This document shows, piece by piece, positions 40,913 through 50,423 of a DNA stretch of 64,000 nt (position 1 is the first letter of the stretch; each line of letters opens with the position of its first letter). Position numbers and translations under genes: made by a program. The DNA comes from an uncultured virus (IMG/VR IMGVR_UViG_3300032299_001001) (taxonomy: Duplodnaviria; Heunggongvirae; Uroviricota; Caudoviricetes), in IMG/VR virus record IMGVR_UViG_3300032299_001001, positions 1 to 64,000 of that record. One strand, given 5' to 3'. Below the pieces are notes generated by a model. That model had not been told where the DNA came from, ran no database searches, and saw only the letters and a list, made by a program, of their open reading frames with translations.

Positions 40913-43255
40913 TCACCTAAATTGAAGAACGCGACGGGTGTGGGCGGCTCCGCGGTTTCCGGTAAAGTTTTGTTGGGCGATCTGGCTGGCCAGCATCTCC
41001 TTGGCCTTCTCGATATGGGGGGTGATTTGCTCGCCGCCCAGGAGAATCCCCTTGGTCGCCTCGTAGATCGCTTGGTAGTTGCGAAGATACATTTTCTCCG
41101 CATCCGTGGTATGGGGAATAAAGCGGCGTTTGGCCAAGATCCGGACCACCGGAACCACGTTGGGTAGCGTAATCCAATATTTCCGCTTGAGGAAACCGTC
41201 GGACGGATCAATCCCCTCGCCGCGGTCGACCGCGCCTTCACGCCACTTGTCGTCCGTCTCACGGTATCCGGTGCCACCGCGAATCCACTCGTTGAGCCGA
41301 TCGTGCACGGGCTTGGGATCGCCGTCGAAAGACATGTAGAGAATCGTCTCAACCTCACGAGGCAGGAAGAACTCGCCCGTGGCATTCACTGAAAGAGTAT
41401 ACTCGGCCACGGTGCCGACCCACTTGCCGGCGAACATCAGTTGCTCCTCGGCCGCGTTGACCATGCGCTTCACGGCGGAGTTCGAGAGTCGGTAAGCCTC
41501 GGGCAGTTCCAGCCCGATCCGGCCCCAGTGGTAGCCGAAGCTGTCATTAGCCGAAGCGAGCAACGCTTCACGGGTCGAGCGACGGGCGGCTTCGATCGCA
41601 GTCATCACATCGCGTTCGACCGCAGCTAGGGCTTGCTGCTTGAGCGCGGTCGCCACTTCCGGCTGTCCGGCCGAGGTCGCCAGATAGCTTTCGACCAGGA
41701 TCTTCCGCTGCTCGTAGGTCGGTGTCGGTGCGGTGCCGTTGTAGTCTTCGCGGCGTTGGAGGAAATCTTGCTGCGCCCCGATCTCGGTCGAAGCCTGGGA
41801 CAAATAGGTGGTCAACCGTGCCGTCGGGATCGTGACCCCGTTGGGTAGTTCATTGTGCAGCTTGCCCTCGTCGCCGGCCGCAGCCCGACGGGCCGCTTCG
41901 ACTTGGGCCATCAAGTCACGCTCGATCAACGCTTGGCCTTCGGCTTTGAGCGCCGACGCGGCTTCGATTTGACCAGCCCCGGACGCGACATAGCTTTCCA
42001 CGAATTTTTTCCGCACTTCATAGGTAAAAGGATTTGGTTTGGTTCCGCTCGAATAGTTCTCACGGCGGGCCAAGAAGTCCCAGTGAGCGCCAGCCTCGGC
42101 GGCAGCTTGGCTCAGATACTCGTTGATTCTAGCTGTGGCGATCCGCACACCCTCGGGGAGTTCGTTGTGTAGACGCCCCGCCTCTCCGGCCGTAGCACGG
42201 CGTGCGGCTTCGACATTCTGCATCAAGTCACGCTCAATAATGGAGAACGCTTCCTGCTTTTTGGCGTTGGCTACATCAACCGTGCCGCCCAAAGTGGCGA
42301 TATAGGATTCGACCAAAGGCTTGAGCACCTCGTAAGCGAACGGATTGGGCTTCGCTCCACTGGAGTAATCCTCACGGCGGGCCAGAAAGTCGTAGTGCGT
42401 TCCCGCCTCGGTCGCTGCCTGGGAGAGATACGTGGTCAGGCGTGCCGTCGGAATTTGCAAACCTCCGGGCAGTTCATTGTGGAGCCGCCCTTCGGTTCCA
42501 GCCGCATCGCGCCGAGTCTGCTCAACCAAGGTCGTCACATTGCGGTCAATCAACTCGAAGGCTTGCGTCTTGAGCCCCGTGCCATCGCCACCTGCATCAG
42601 TAACGATCAACGACAGGGTCAGGAGTCGGACGACTTCTACCGGAAGAAGCGTGTTGAAAATTGCCACATCAGAAGTCAGGGCTGTGTAAGTAAGCGGTGT
42701 CCTCGACTTATCCTCGCGGCGGCTGACAAAGTTGTGCTGGTCGATCGCTTGCTGGTAAGCCTGATTGATGAGGCTCTTGATCCGACCTTCAGGCAAGCGG
42801 TATTGGACGAGGGTCTCAAGGCCGACACGCCCTGTCAGTCCGCCAAAGGTATTCTGCCCGTTATTTGTCGCAAGCGTCTGGAACGTCGAACGGCGAGCCC
42901 GCTCGACCTCGTTCATCAAGTTGCGCTCGATGTAGGAGTTGGCCTTGGTTTCCAACCCCGTTGCCAGTTCAAGTTGGTTATTCTCCTCGCGCCAGAGCGC
43001 CAAGATCATCGACTTGGTCGCATCCAAGTTGTCTAGGATGAGGCTACCCGTAGCGGGGTTACCAGTCGTGCCGCCTGCGTTCCAAGTCAGCAAGGCTTTC
43101 TCCATCTCCTCGCGGCGGGAGAGGAAGTTGTAGTGGTCGATCAGCCTACGCTGGGCCTCGTCAATCCTCTGGTCGATACGCGCCGTGTCGGTCACCGCCA
43201 CGCCATTATCGACGTAGGGTGCAAGCAAGTTACGCGCTTCGAGGTAAGTCGCCAT
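40913..43255 (-). CDS. Putative head-tail adaptor/tail tubular protein with internal ~104-aa repeats
   Basis: Three near-identical units starting G(R/K)LHNELP plus diverged units; position in the tail module. Confidence 0.55.
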   Translation of the reverse strand: MATYLEARNLLAPYVDNGVAVTDTARIDQRIDEAQRRLIDHYNFLSRREEMEKALLTWNAGGTTGNPATGSLILDNLDATKSMILALWREENNQLELATGLETKANSYIERNLMNEVERARRSTFQTLATNNGQNTFGGLTGRVGLETLVQYRLPEGRIKSLINQAYQQAIDQHNFVSRREDKSRTPLTYTALTSDVAIFNTLLPVEVVRLLTLSLIVTDAGGDGTGLKTQAFELIDRNVTTLVEQTRRDAAGTEGRLHNELPGGLQIPTARLTTYLSQAATEAGTHYDFLARREDYSSGAKPNPFAYEVLKPLVESYIATLGGTVDVANAKKQEAFSIIERDLMQNVEAARRATAGEAGRLHNELPEGVRIATARINEYLSQAAAEAGAHWDFLARRENYSSGTKPNPFTYEVRKKFVESYVASGAGQIEAASALKAEGQALIERDLMAQVEAARRAAAGDEGKLHNELPNGVTIPTARLTTYLSQASTEIGAQQDFLQRREDYNGTAPTPTYEQRKILVESYLATSAGQPEVATALKQQALAAVERDVMTAIEAARRSTREALLASANDSFGYHWGRIGLELPEAYRLSNSAVKRMVNAAEEQLMFAGKWVGTVAEYTLSVNATGEFFLPREVETILYMSFDGDPKPVHDRLNEWIRGGTGYRETDDKWREGAVDRGEGIDPSDGFLKRKYWITLPNVVPVVRILAKRRFIPHTTDAEKMYLRNYQAIYEATKGILLGGEQITPHIEKAKEMLASQIAQQNFTGNRGAAHTRRVLQFR

Positions 43256-43678
43256 TTACTGAATTCTTGCCCAAGTGCTTGCTGCAACTTTCTGCCATGC
43301 TACTCCGGAAGTAGCCGCCACGTTTGGTGAACCAAATGATGTAGAGTAAACCGTTTGGCTCGTCGCGGTAACCGTCAGCGTGGTAACTGCACTTCTGGCA
43401 AAAACCCGCAAAGTCTGCCCGACCACACTTGTCGCATTTGTCGGCAACACAACGGTCAAGTTTGCGATGGTTCCAGAGTGATCCAGAAAAAGGGTTTCAT
43501 CTTGCCCCCCGGAATTGAAATTAATGGTAGCACCCGTGGCAGGTGTGGCCACTGTAACTGTAGGACGATTCTTCTTCGCCTCGGGGGCCGTGAGGTAGGA
43601 CGCAAACGTATCGAGCAACGACTGGGGGTCGTTGGGATACTTGGTTCCGTTGGGGAGTGTTCCTGGGATGAGTGCCAT
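43256..43678 (-). CDS. Putative structural protein
   Basis: Thr-rich beta composition; LTVVLP. Confidence 0.55.
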   Translation of the reverse strand: MALIPGTLPNGTKYPNDPQSLLDTFASYLTAPEAKKNRPTVTVATPATGATINFNSGGQDETLFLDHSGTIANLTVVLPTNATSVVGQTLRVFARSAVTTLTVTATSQTVYSTSFGSPNVAATSGVAWQKVAASTWARIQ

Positions 43679-43681
43679 AAC

Positions 43682-45133
43682 TTAGAATGCGGTTAATACA
43701 AAATCTCTATCGATGCGCGTTCCAGCGGTGTTTCTTAAAATGACAAAACAAGATACATCACCTATACCACTCTTGGATGTAACACTGGGGTAGAGCGAGC
43801 CGACAATAGGTATACAGATTGAGGGGTCAGGACCGCCTCCTTGAGCGCCAGCGTCAGGTAGTCCATTATGTGATGGGGTGACAGTAGCGGAGCTTAACAG
43901 TATCCGACTCCCTTGTGCGTTATTAAAACGAATCCAGTATAATCCCAATGAATCCTTTAATACAACGACGGTTCCCCCGTATCCATTTAGAGATTGCGAG
44001 TTACGAATAGTGCCATTTGCAAATACTTGAACAAATCCTTTAGCTACTAAACCGTTTAGTTTTTCTTGCGTGACATTTCCGTTCTCGATCTTCGCCGTGG
44101 TAATAGCCCCATCCGATACTGTTGAAGCAGTCCCAGCACTGGCAGCATAATTAACACTGAAGTTAGACGGGTTATAGACGTAATGACTACTACCGTCGTT
44201 CCCTCCCCACAGCCAGGTTGGTTGACCTCCTTGACCGGACCAAAAGAAAGTCATCGCCGTGCCGTTTGCTCCTCCTTGGGATAGCGTGCTCGCTTTAGTA
44301 GCCAAGGTTGCAGTGTTTGCGTTTCCGTTCAAAGCTGCCGTCACAGTTCCAGCAGAAAAGTTTCCTGACGCATCGCGGGCTACGATGGCGTTTGCCGTAT
44401 TCGCGCTGGTCGCCGTGGTCGCGGAGTTGGAAACTTTGCCAGCGGTAGAAATCGTCGCCAGTTTTGTATCAACAATGCCAGCATCACTTTTGATGTCCGC
44501 GTTGACGATCGTGTCTGCGGTGATTGCGGACGCAATCGCTATGTTAGCCGAACCGTTGAACGACGTTGCTGTTCCCGTGACATCACCACTGATAGCGATA
44601 GTCCGAGCCGTATGAAGCGTGGTTGCAGTTCCAGCGTTGCCAGTGACATTGCCCGTCAGGTCTCCGGTAAACCCTCCACTCACGCCAAGCGTGCCTGTGA
44701 TCGTCGTATTTCCTGCGGCCAGAGTGCCTGTCGTCGTAATGTTTCCGCTGGTATTGATGGCGGTCGACCCACCGATTGTGCCATCGGTTATAGCTCCACC
44801 ACCGACTTTGCCGCCCGTTGTAATCTTAGCCAGTTTGCCGTCCTCGATCCCCGCTGCTGCCACGATCTTCTCCTTGGTGATTGCTCCGTCCGGAATAAGG
44901 TTCTGGGTCTCAAGCTGACGGATCAAGGAGCCTCGGCGGATAACCACAGTGTCATTTATCTGCGGCGTCCCACCGGGAGTTTTGGTATTAAACATCGCTT
45001 CCTCGACTTGGGCTACCGAAGTCTTCAGCGTGTCCCCGTTCTTGTTCACGACAAATTCATCGGTGGCTGAAAGCGATCCTGTAATAGGGTCTAACGCGCC
45101 GATTTTCTTGTCAGAGGTATAGGAGGTGGCCAT
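43682..45133 (-). CDS. Tail fibre protein
   Basis: G/T/A-rich; TARTIAISGDVTG, SANTANAIVARDASGNFSAG and WSGQGGQPTWLWG fibre motifs. Confidence 0.8.
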   Translation of the reverse strand: MATSYTSDKKIGALDPITGSLSATDEFVVNKNGDTLKTSVAQVEEAMFNTKTPGGTPQINDTVVIRRGSLIRQLETQNLIPDGAITKEKIVAAAGIEDGKLAKITTGGKVGGGAITDGTIGGSTAINTSGNITTTGTLAAGNTTITGTLGVSGGFTGDLTGNVTGNAGTATTLHTARTIAISGDVTGTATSFNGSANIAIASAITADTIVNADIKSDAGIVDTKLATISTAGKVSNSATTATSANTANAIVARDASGNFSAGTVTAALNGNANTATLATKASTLSQGGANGTAMTFFWSGQGGQPTWLWGGNDGSSHYVYNPSNFSVNYAASAGTASTVSDGAITTAKIENGNVTQEKLNGLVAKGFVQVFANGTIRNSQSLNGYGGTVVVLKDSLGLYWIRFNNAQGSRILLSSATVTPSHNGLPDAGAQGGGPDPSICIPIVGSLYPSVTSKSGIGDVSCFVILRNTAGTRIDRDFVLTAF

Positions 45134-45154
45134 TGTTCTTAAATTACGCGGTTA

Positions 45155-45316
45155 TTACTGGATGAGCAACTGGTTGCCCTCGTCATCCAAAAGGAGTTCG
45201 TGGTCGGGGGAAGTCTGAATCTGGAGGGCGTAGCCGTCAGGCAAGTCGTTCCAAGAATTCTGGTCGGCCTCGATGTCAGTATCCAATGTTCTCAGGATTT
45301 TCGGGTCGGCGCTCAT
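45155..45316 (-). CDS. Small acidic protein
   Basis: MSADPKILRT...LLLDDEGNQLLIQ; overlaps the upstream stop. Confidence 0.5.
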   Translation of the reverse strand: MSADPKILRTLDTDIEADQNSWNDLPDGYALQIQTSPDHELLLDDEGNQLLIQ

Positions 45317-48150
45317 AAGGATCCTCCGTTTACGGCTTCGACGACTTTCTGACCATGTAACATGAGTCGGCCGAGTCGGGCATGTCCGGCCCACTCAACC
45401 CGCAGAGTGAAGTCGTGTCCCAAGTAGGCGGGCACGTCGGTTGCCAAGTTGGCGGTCCTAGGCGGGGTCGGGAAGCGAACTTGGGGAGCATAGCCGCGAG
45501 AATAGTTGAGAAGCTGCGGGGGATCGGGGTCGTAAGCCGAGGCGGTGTTGGCCTGTTCCAACTGGGCTCCCCAGACGTAGGCTCCAGCGAATCCATCGCC
45601 CGCGTAAGTCGCACCTCCCGCGGAAGTGGCCAAACCAATCACGCATTCGGTTGTCCCCGCGGTGTTGGTCGTGGCGGTGATCGAGCAGCGATACCAGCCA
45701 TTATCGAGAGCTTCGATACGTGCGGTCGTTCCGGCGCTGGCATTACTCGCTGTTCCGGCAATCCCGCTCAGATGGAACCATGCTTCCCTGTTGGCGCTGA
45801 AAGCCGAGCCTGTGCTGTTCATCCGCAGATAAATACGGTCACGCTCGTCGGGTTTGGCGTAGATAGAAAAAGTGTAGGCGGCACCGGAGACCAGAGTCGG
45901 GCTGGTGTCAGTCGCCGTATGAACGCCGTTGGTTGTCGTGTCAACCAGTTTGTCGGCATCAATCAGTTCCCCGAGCGGGTTGGGCACTTGGTCAACTACC
46001 ACCGTGGCATTGGTCTTGGTCCAAACCGCGTTGTCGATCGCCTCGGTGTAGAAAAGTAAATTCTTATCTTGAAGCAGGAACTCTGTAACGAAGTTGCGCT
46101 GAAACGTCTGCCATGTCGTGAAGTTCGGGTAGTCATCGGGCCGGTAAGCCAGCGATGAAGTGAAAATATTGTCCGGCCCACCGCCGATGTCATCGAACCA
46201 CAAGTCACAGCGCAGCAACTTCTTGAGGCTCATGTTGTCTCTAAAATCGTAAGCCTTGGTTACGATGCTGGCGTTGATGATCCTCGGACCTTCGATCGGA
46301 GTATCGTATTCGTCGTTACGAGTGATCTCCCAGATCTCATTGCGGCGACCCGTCTCGTCTTCATGCAGACAGATAGCGAAACACTTGGGCTCACCGTCGA
46401 ACGTGCCCTGAAGAAGTTTGTAGATGCGAAGGCCGGTCCAGACACCATCGAACACCGCAGCGGCTTTTCCACGTCCGGTGGAAACAGACTGGAAGTCGAG
46501 GACGGCGATACCGTCGTAAAGTGTCGGAATAGGCTCGGCAGCAAACTCATCAGCCTGAGTTTGGTTGGCCGCACGGCGCGGGTATTGCTTGGGGAGACAC
46601 GTCATTAAAAGACGGTTGTCGAAGTTGGCGAAGGTTACTCCGTCGAGCATCCACTGGGTATCCTGCTTGAGCACGGGATCAATCTCCGCACTCACTGGGG
46701 TCAGACCATAGTTGTCAGCCTCGGCCCTGGCGTTCCGGTAGGTGCGGATGCCGTTGCCTTCTCTGCTGCGGAAGAACAAGTCACCGTTGACCGGAATGAC
46801 GCTGTCGCTGGTCGATCCAATATTGTCGAAAAGCACGCGCTGGAATCCTTGGGTATTCTTCCATTGATCGCGGGGGGCAGAGACTTGGAAGGTCACCGCA
46901 CCGCGCTCGCAGAAGGCGATCAAGTCGCCTTGTCCGGTCGACGTGTCCTGCACCGGAAGAAAGACAAGCCCTGTAATCCGGCCGAGTTTGCCGGTCGGGG
47001 CGAAGCTGCCACCTTCGTTGAGGAATGTATTCTCGGTAAATCGAAGAAGGTCGCTGTCTTGCCCCGCATTGAATCGGCTGACAAAGCCCCCGCTGCCCGC
47101 GCTGGTCACTGCAACAGGAATTGTAAACGTAGTCGTGCTCGGTGCCGTCGCTACGGTGTAAGTCGAATTGATCGGCGGCGTGCTGCTGTGACCTTGAATC
47201 GTGATCTGGTCACCCGCGACAAAGCCGTGGGCGCTGGCGGTCGTGATGACGCTCGGATTGGCCGCGCTCGAACTGGTGATCGCCACGTTGGTCGTGGAGC
47301 CGCCAAACACCAAGTCGCCAGCAATAATTTCGGCTCCTTCGTTCACTGCGACAAAGAGCCGCCCTTGCCCGTAAGACATCTGTTTCCCGATCGGGATAAC
47401 TTGCAATCCGTAGTAACTGGCCCGGCGGAGCACGTAGCCGTCATAGACCCGAGGCTCGTCTTTCCCCGTCTGAATGACGACGAACTTTTCCGCTTGGGTC
47501 ATGTAGACCGGAACGTCAGCGGAGATCTCATCCGTCGAGTTGAGCAAGTAGCATGAGGCGTTTTCAAAGTTCAGCGCGTAGATCTTGCCGTCGGCCACAA
47601 CGATCATCTGGGCGGGGTTTCCCTCGCGGGGGTCTTGGTAGACGATTGCGCCTTGGATCAGGGTCGCCCCAATAATGTCGGAGACGCGATTCCGGCTGGT
47701 GTCTCCATCGATCAAGTCGTCCTGATAAGTAGAGTCGACATCCCGGCGTGCTGTGATCGTGCCGGTGACTGATCCAGTCTCGGACGTTGGGAAAGTGTAG
47801 GAATTCGCATCGACGATCGTGATCCGATGGGTGCCGTTGATCCCTGCCGGAGTAGCCCCTGCGATCGTCACTTGGTCTTTGTTGTCGTAACCGTGGGCCA
47901 TGGCCGAGACTGTCGCTTTACCACCAGCAATCGTAATCGTCACCGTCTGCACAGGACGCGGATTGCGCCAGTAGGTCGGCGGGATCTCACGAAACCCAGG
48001 ACGGGTCTTCGGTCCGTTGCCGCCGCGGAAGGTGACGTTAGTGGCATACCAAGCGGCTTCGCTTGGTGTTTGCGGCGGCTCCTTGGAGCCGTCCATCCCC
48101 GCAGGAAGGCCGCGGAAGCCGTCGATCAATCTTTCGGTGTCGGCGATCAT
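45313..48150 (-). CDS. Tail nozzle/stabilisation-like protein with inserted beta modules
   Basis: 945 aa, beta-rich; two AHG..GD.(V/I)TI.G repeats; inserted NGWYRC...WGAQLE module. Confidence 0.6.
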   Translation of the reverse strand: MIADTERLIDGFRGLPAGMDGSKEPPQTPSEAAWYATNVTFRGGNGPKTRPGFREIPPTYWRNPRPVQTVTITIAGGKATVSAMAHGYDNKDQVTIAGATPAGINGTHRITIVDANSYTFPTSETGSVTGTITARRDVDSTYQDDLIDGDTSRNRVSDIIGATLIQGAIVYQDPREGNPAQMIVVADGKIYALNFENASCYLLNSTDEISADVPVYMTQAEKFVVIQTGKDEPRVYDGYVLRRASYYGLQVIPIGKQMSYGQGRLFVAVNEGAEIIAGDLVFGGSTTNVAITSSSAANPSVITTASAHGFVAGDQITIQGHSSTPPINSTYTVATAPSTTTFTIPVAVTSAGSGGFVSRFNAGQDSDLLRFTENTFLNEGGSFAPTGKLGRITGLVFLPVQDTSTGQGDLIAFCERGAVTFQVSAPRDQWKNTQGFQRVLFDNIGSTSDSVIPVNGDLFFRSREGNGIRTYRNARAEADNYGLTPVSAEIDPVLKQDTQWMLDGVTFANFDNRLLMTCLPKQYPRRAANQTQADEFAAEPIPTLYDGIAVLDFQSVSTGRGKAAAVFDGVWTGLRIYKLLQGTFDGEPKCFAICLHEDETGRRNEIWEITRNDEYDTPIEGPRIINASIVTKAYDFRDNMSLKKLLRCDLWFDDIGGGPDNIFTSSLAYRPDDYPNFTTWQTFQRNFVTEFLLQDKNLLFYTEAIDNAVWTKTNATVVVDQVPNPLGELIDADKLVDTTTNGVHTATDTSPTLVSGAAYTFSIYAKPDERDRIYLRMNSTGSAFSANREAWFHLSGIAGTASNASAGTTARIEALDNGWYRCSITATTNTAGTTECVIGLATSAGGATYAGDGFAGAYVWGAQLEQANTASAYDPDPPQLLNYSRGYAPQVRFPTPPRTANLATDVPAYLGHDFTLRVEWAGHARLGRLMLHGQKVVEAVNGGSL

Positions 48151-48151
48151 C

Positions 48152-48613
48152 TTAGTGGAGGTCGACCCAAGCAGTATCCGTGCGGACTTGAAGTTTGTTT
48201 GTCGTGCTGTTGTAGACCATGAGCCCGGCTGGGGGGCTGGTGATGGCGTCTCGCTGGGTGGTTGTCATGCGCGGAGGGAGAAAACCTTGGGTTGTGCTGG
48301 TGATATCCAGCATCGCCTTTGAGTTAGGGGTTGATGTTCCGATGCCGACGTTACCAGCACCGATCGGCTCGATGGTCACGCCTGCCTGCCCGCCCACTAC
48401 ACACCGGCCAATCTCAGAATAAATCCCCGGAAATCCCCAAGCGGCACCTACGCGCAACTGCCCAGCTTGTTCGGCATCTCGGAAATAATTACGACCACCA
48501 AGCCCCTCTATTTGAACATTATCCAGATAAAGCCTCCTGCCACTAAAATCACCACCATCATTCCGAAGGACAACGGTCCCCGGAATATTGCTGGAGGTTG
48601 CGGGTATATCCAC
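48152..48613 (-). CDS. Short fibre-like protein
   Basis: GNVGIGT.TP...LDITSTTQGFLPPRMTT.QRDAI..P.AGLMVYN; GGAGG before a GTG start. Confidence 0.6.
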   Translation of the reverse strand: MDIPATSSNIPGTVVLRNDGGDFSGRRLYLDNVQIEGLGGRNYFRDAEQAGQLRVGAAWGFPGIYSEIGRCVVGGQAGVTIEPIGAGNVGIGTSTPNSKAMLDITSTTQGFLPPRMTTTQRDAITSPPAGLMVYNSTTNKLQVRTDTAWVDLH

Positions 48614-48628
48614 CGCTTGAACCTCCGG

Positions 48629-48856
48629 TTACTCGGTCATTCCGGCGCGGATGGCTTCATCGAAGCCCATCTCTTCACCAGCGGCTTCGGCTTCAGCCTC
48701 GGGAGCTTCCTCGGCAGCACCTTCAACGGGAAGACCGTCAACGGCGACCAAGGTGAGTCCGTCAGCTTCGAGGCGCAGGGTAGCCAGCGCGTCAAAAGTG
48801 GAGCCTTCGGTCACGCCATCGGGCGGAACCATACCTTCGGGAATAGGGAATTTCAT
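48629..48856 (-). CDS. Small acidic protein downstream of the capsid gene
   Basis: ORF with A-rich leader. Confidence 0.6.
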   Translation of the reverse strand: MKFPIPEGMVPPDGVTEGSTFDALATLRLEADGLTLVAVDGLPVEGAAEEAPEAEAEAAGEEMGFDEAIRAGMTE

Positions 48857-48894
48857 AATGATTGGTTTTCTTGATCGACGTTACTTTAATGCAG

Positions 48895-48942
48895 CGCCTC
48901 TGGCACCCCGGGAGCCGAAGCTCCCAGAGTGATGTGAGGTGC
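48895..48942 (-). terminator. Stem-loop after the capsid gene
   Basis: GGGAGC-TTCG-GCTCCC with extended pairing; U-tract is weak. Confidence 0.45.
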
Positions 48943-48948
48943 TACCTC

Positions 48949-50124
48949 TTAGTAGCAAGCGACCAAGTCGAGGGCACGCTGGCAGCGGCGGTGGCGAACC
49001 ACGAAGCCGAGGTCAGGGCGCTCCACTTTCGGGCCGTAGGCGAACAGCGCACGGAAGAACCCTGAGTTTCCATCGACGTTGCAGTCGCGGTCAGGGATGT
49101 TCCGCCAGACGAATTCACCGGTCCAGCTATACTGGGGGTTATACTTCATCGGGCTGGCTGCTTTCGGCTTGGGCACAAGAACCTTCAACACGTCAGCGTG
49201 ATAAATCACGGTGTCAGTGAATTGGGCGTTCTTATACGCATCCGAAACTTCCCACTTGTGACCCTTCGTCGTCGGCTGTGACGCGAACGGCTGACGGCGA
49301 ACCCATGCACCGCCGACGAAGTCGTAACGGGGCGGGAATTCAACCGTGAAGAAGCGGTAGCCGCGATACACACCGGAGAGACCGGGCGCTCCGAGCATCG
49401 GGGACTGGGTCTCCGATCCTTCGAAAGCGTAACGGAAGTCGTCACGGGTGTTAGCGTCTTGGCGCTTGAGGTCATGGAACGTGAAACGCTCGCCGACTGC
49501 CGCATAAATCGGGGTCATCTCGTCAACACGAGCGAACGGATTCATGCTGCCGCCATTGTAACCAAGCTGCTGGTAGATCTCTTCGAGGATCCCCCAGGTC
49601 AGTTTAGAAGTGGCGGGTGTGACAGGGAAGGTATCCGTGCCGGACGGGAGGTTCGCGGCTGCAACCATTTTGGTGCCGCAAGCCGTGATATACTCGTCCT
49701 GATAAGCATTGGTCCAAACCCATTTCGTGTTCTCGGAAAGAACGCGAACGATGTTTTTGACCTGATCTTCGACCTGCCAAGCGAACTGAAGATCGTCCAG
49801 ACAGATGTCGGGCGAGTTCAGCGCGGCCTTTTTGAGGCTGGTCTGGCGCAGGGTGATGCCGAAGTTGTCGATGTTCTGACCGGCGACTTGGCACTGACCA
49901 CCCGCTTCGCCGTCCGAAGACTCCCATGCATTGAAAGTGACGGGGCTGGACGAGAGCGTGCGCTCGTAGATGGGATAACTATATTCCGTTCCTTGCCCGT
50001 CCATCCACTGCTCACGCGGCAGATACTTCAGGTAGAAATCGGAGTTGATGATGTTCTTCGAGACATTGTTCCGGATAAGGCCGGCATGTTCCACGAAGAG
50101 AGCTTCAATATTATTGCAAGGCAT
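48949..50124 (-). CDS. Major capsid protein
   Basis: 391 aa; follows the scaffold gene; own leader and downstream hairpin. Confidence 0.75.
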   Translation of the reverse strand: MPCNNIEALFVEHAGLIRNNVSKNIINSDFYLKYLPREQWMDGQGTEYSYPIYERTLSSSPVTFNAWESSDGEAGGQCQVAGQNIDNFGITLRQTSLKKAALNSPDICLDDLQFAWQVEDQVKNIVRVLSENTKWVWTNAYQDEYITACGTKMVAAANLPSGTDTFPVTPATSKLTWGILEEIYQQLGYNGGSMNPFARVDEMTPIYAAVGERFTFHDLKRQDANTRDDFRYAFEGSETQSPMLGAPGLSGVYRGYRFFTVEFPPRYDFVGGAWVRRQPFASQPTTKGHKWEVSDAYKNAQFTDTVIYHADVLKVLVPKPKAASPMKYNPQYSWTGEFVWRNIPDRDCNVDGNSGFFRALFAYGPKVERPDLGFVVRHRRCQRALDLVACY

Positions 50125-50311
50125 AATGCTTGTTTTTCTCCTAATTTGTGGGGTTATTACTTTGCCTTGATCGGGAGACGCACATGCGGTCCGAGGCTAG
50201 TAACAACACCACGATTTTGCTTTTCTCTTCCCGTCGCGGATCGGGCTTCCTCGCGAACCTAACTTTTCTGATTTCTACCGGATGATTGCCGCTACCCGTA
50301 AACGTGAGACT

Positions 50312-50339
50312 AAGTTACGCTCAGTTAAGGGGTTGTCAA
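50312..50339 (-). promoter_or_regulatory. Candidate sigma70-like promoter for the capsid gene
   Basis: TTGACA-16 nt-TAACTT on the minus strand. Confidence 0.35.
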
Positions 50340-50354
50340 ATTACGGGATTATTA

Positions 50355-50391
50355 TAAAAGCAAAGGGAGGGGGCAAAATGTCCCCCTCCCT
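50355..50391 (-). terminator. Intrinsic terminator after the scaffold gene
   Basis: AGGGAGGGGG-loop-CCCCCTCCCT followed by TTGCTTTTA. Confidence 0.65.
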
Positions 50392-50423
50392 CGCGTCCGG
50401 TCACCGAAGTTTCCGGAGGGATT

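Noticed and set aside
41550..42490. Diversity-generating retroelement template/variable repeat pair
   Set aside because: The repeats are in-frame protein repeats with differences not confined to adenines, and no reverse transcriptase is present.
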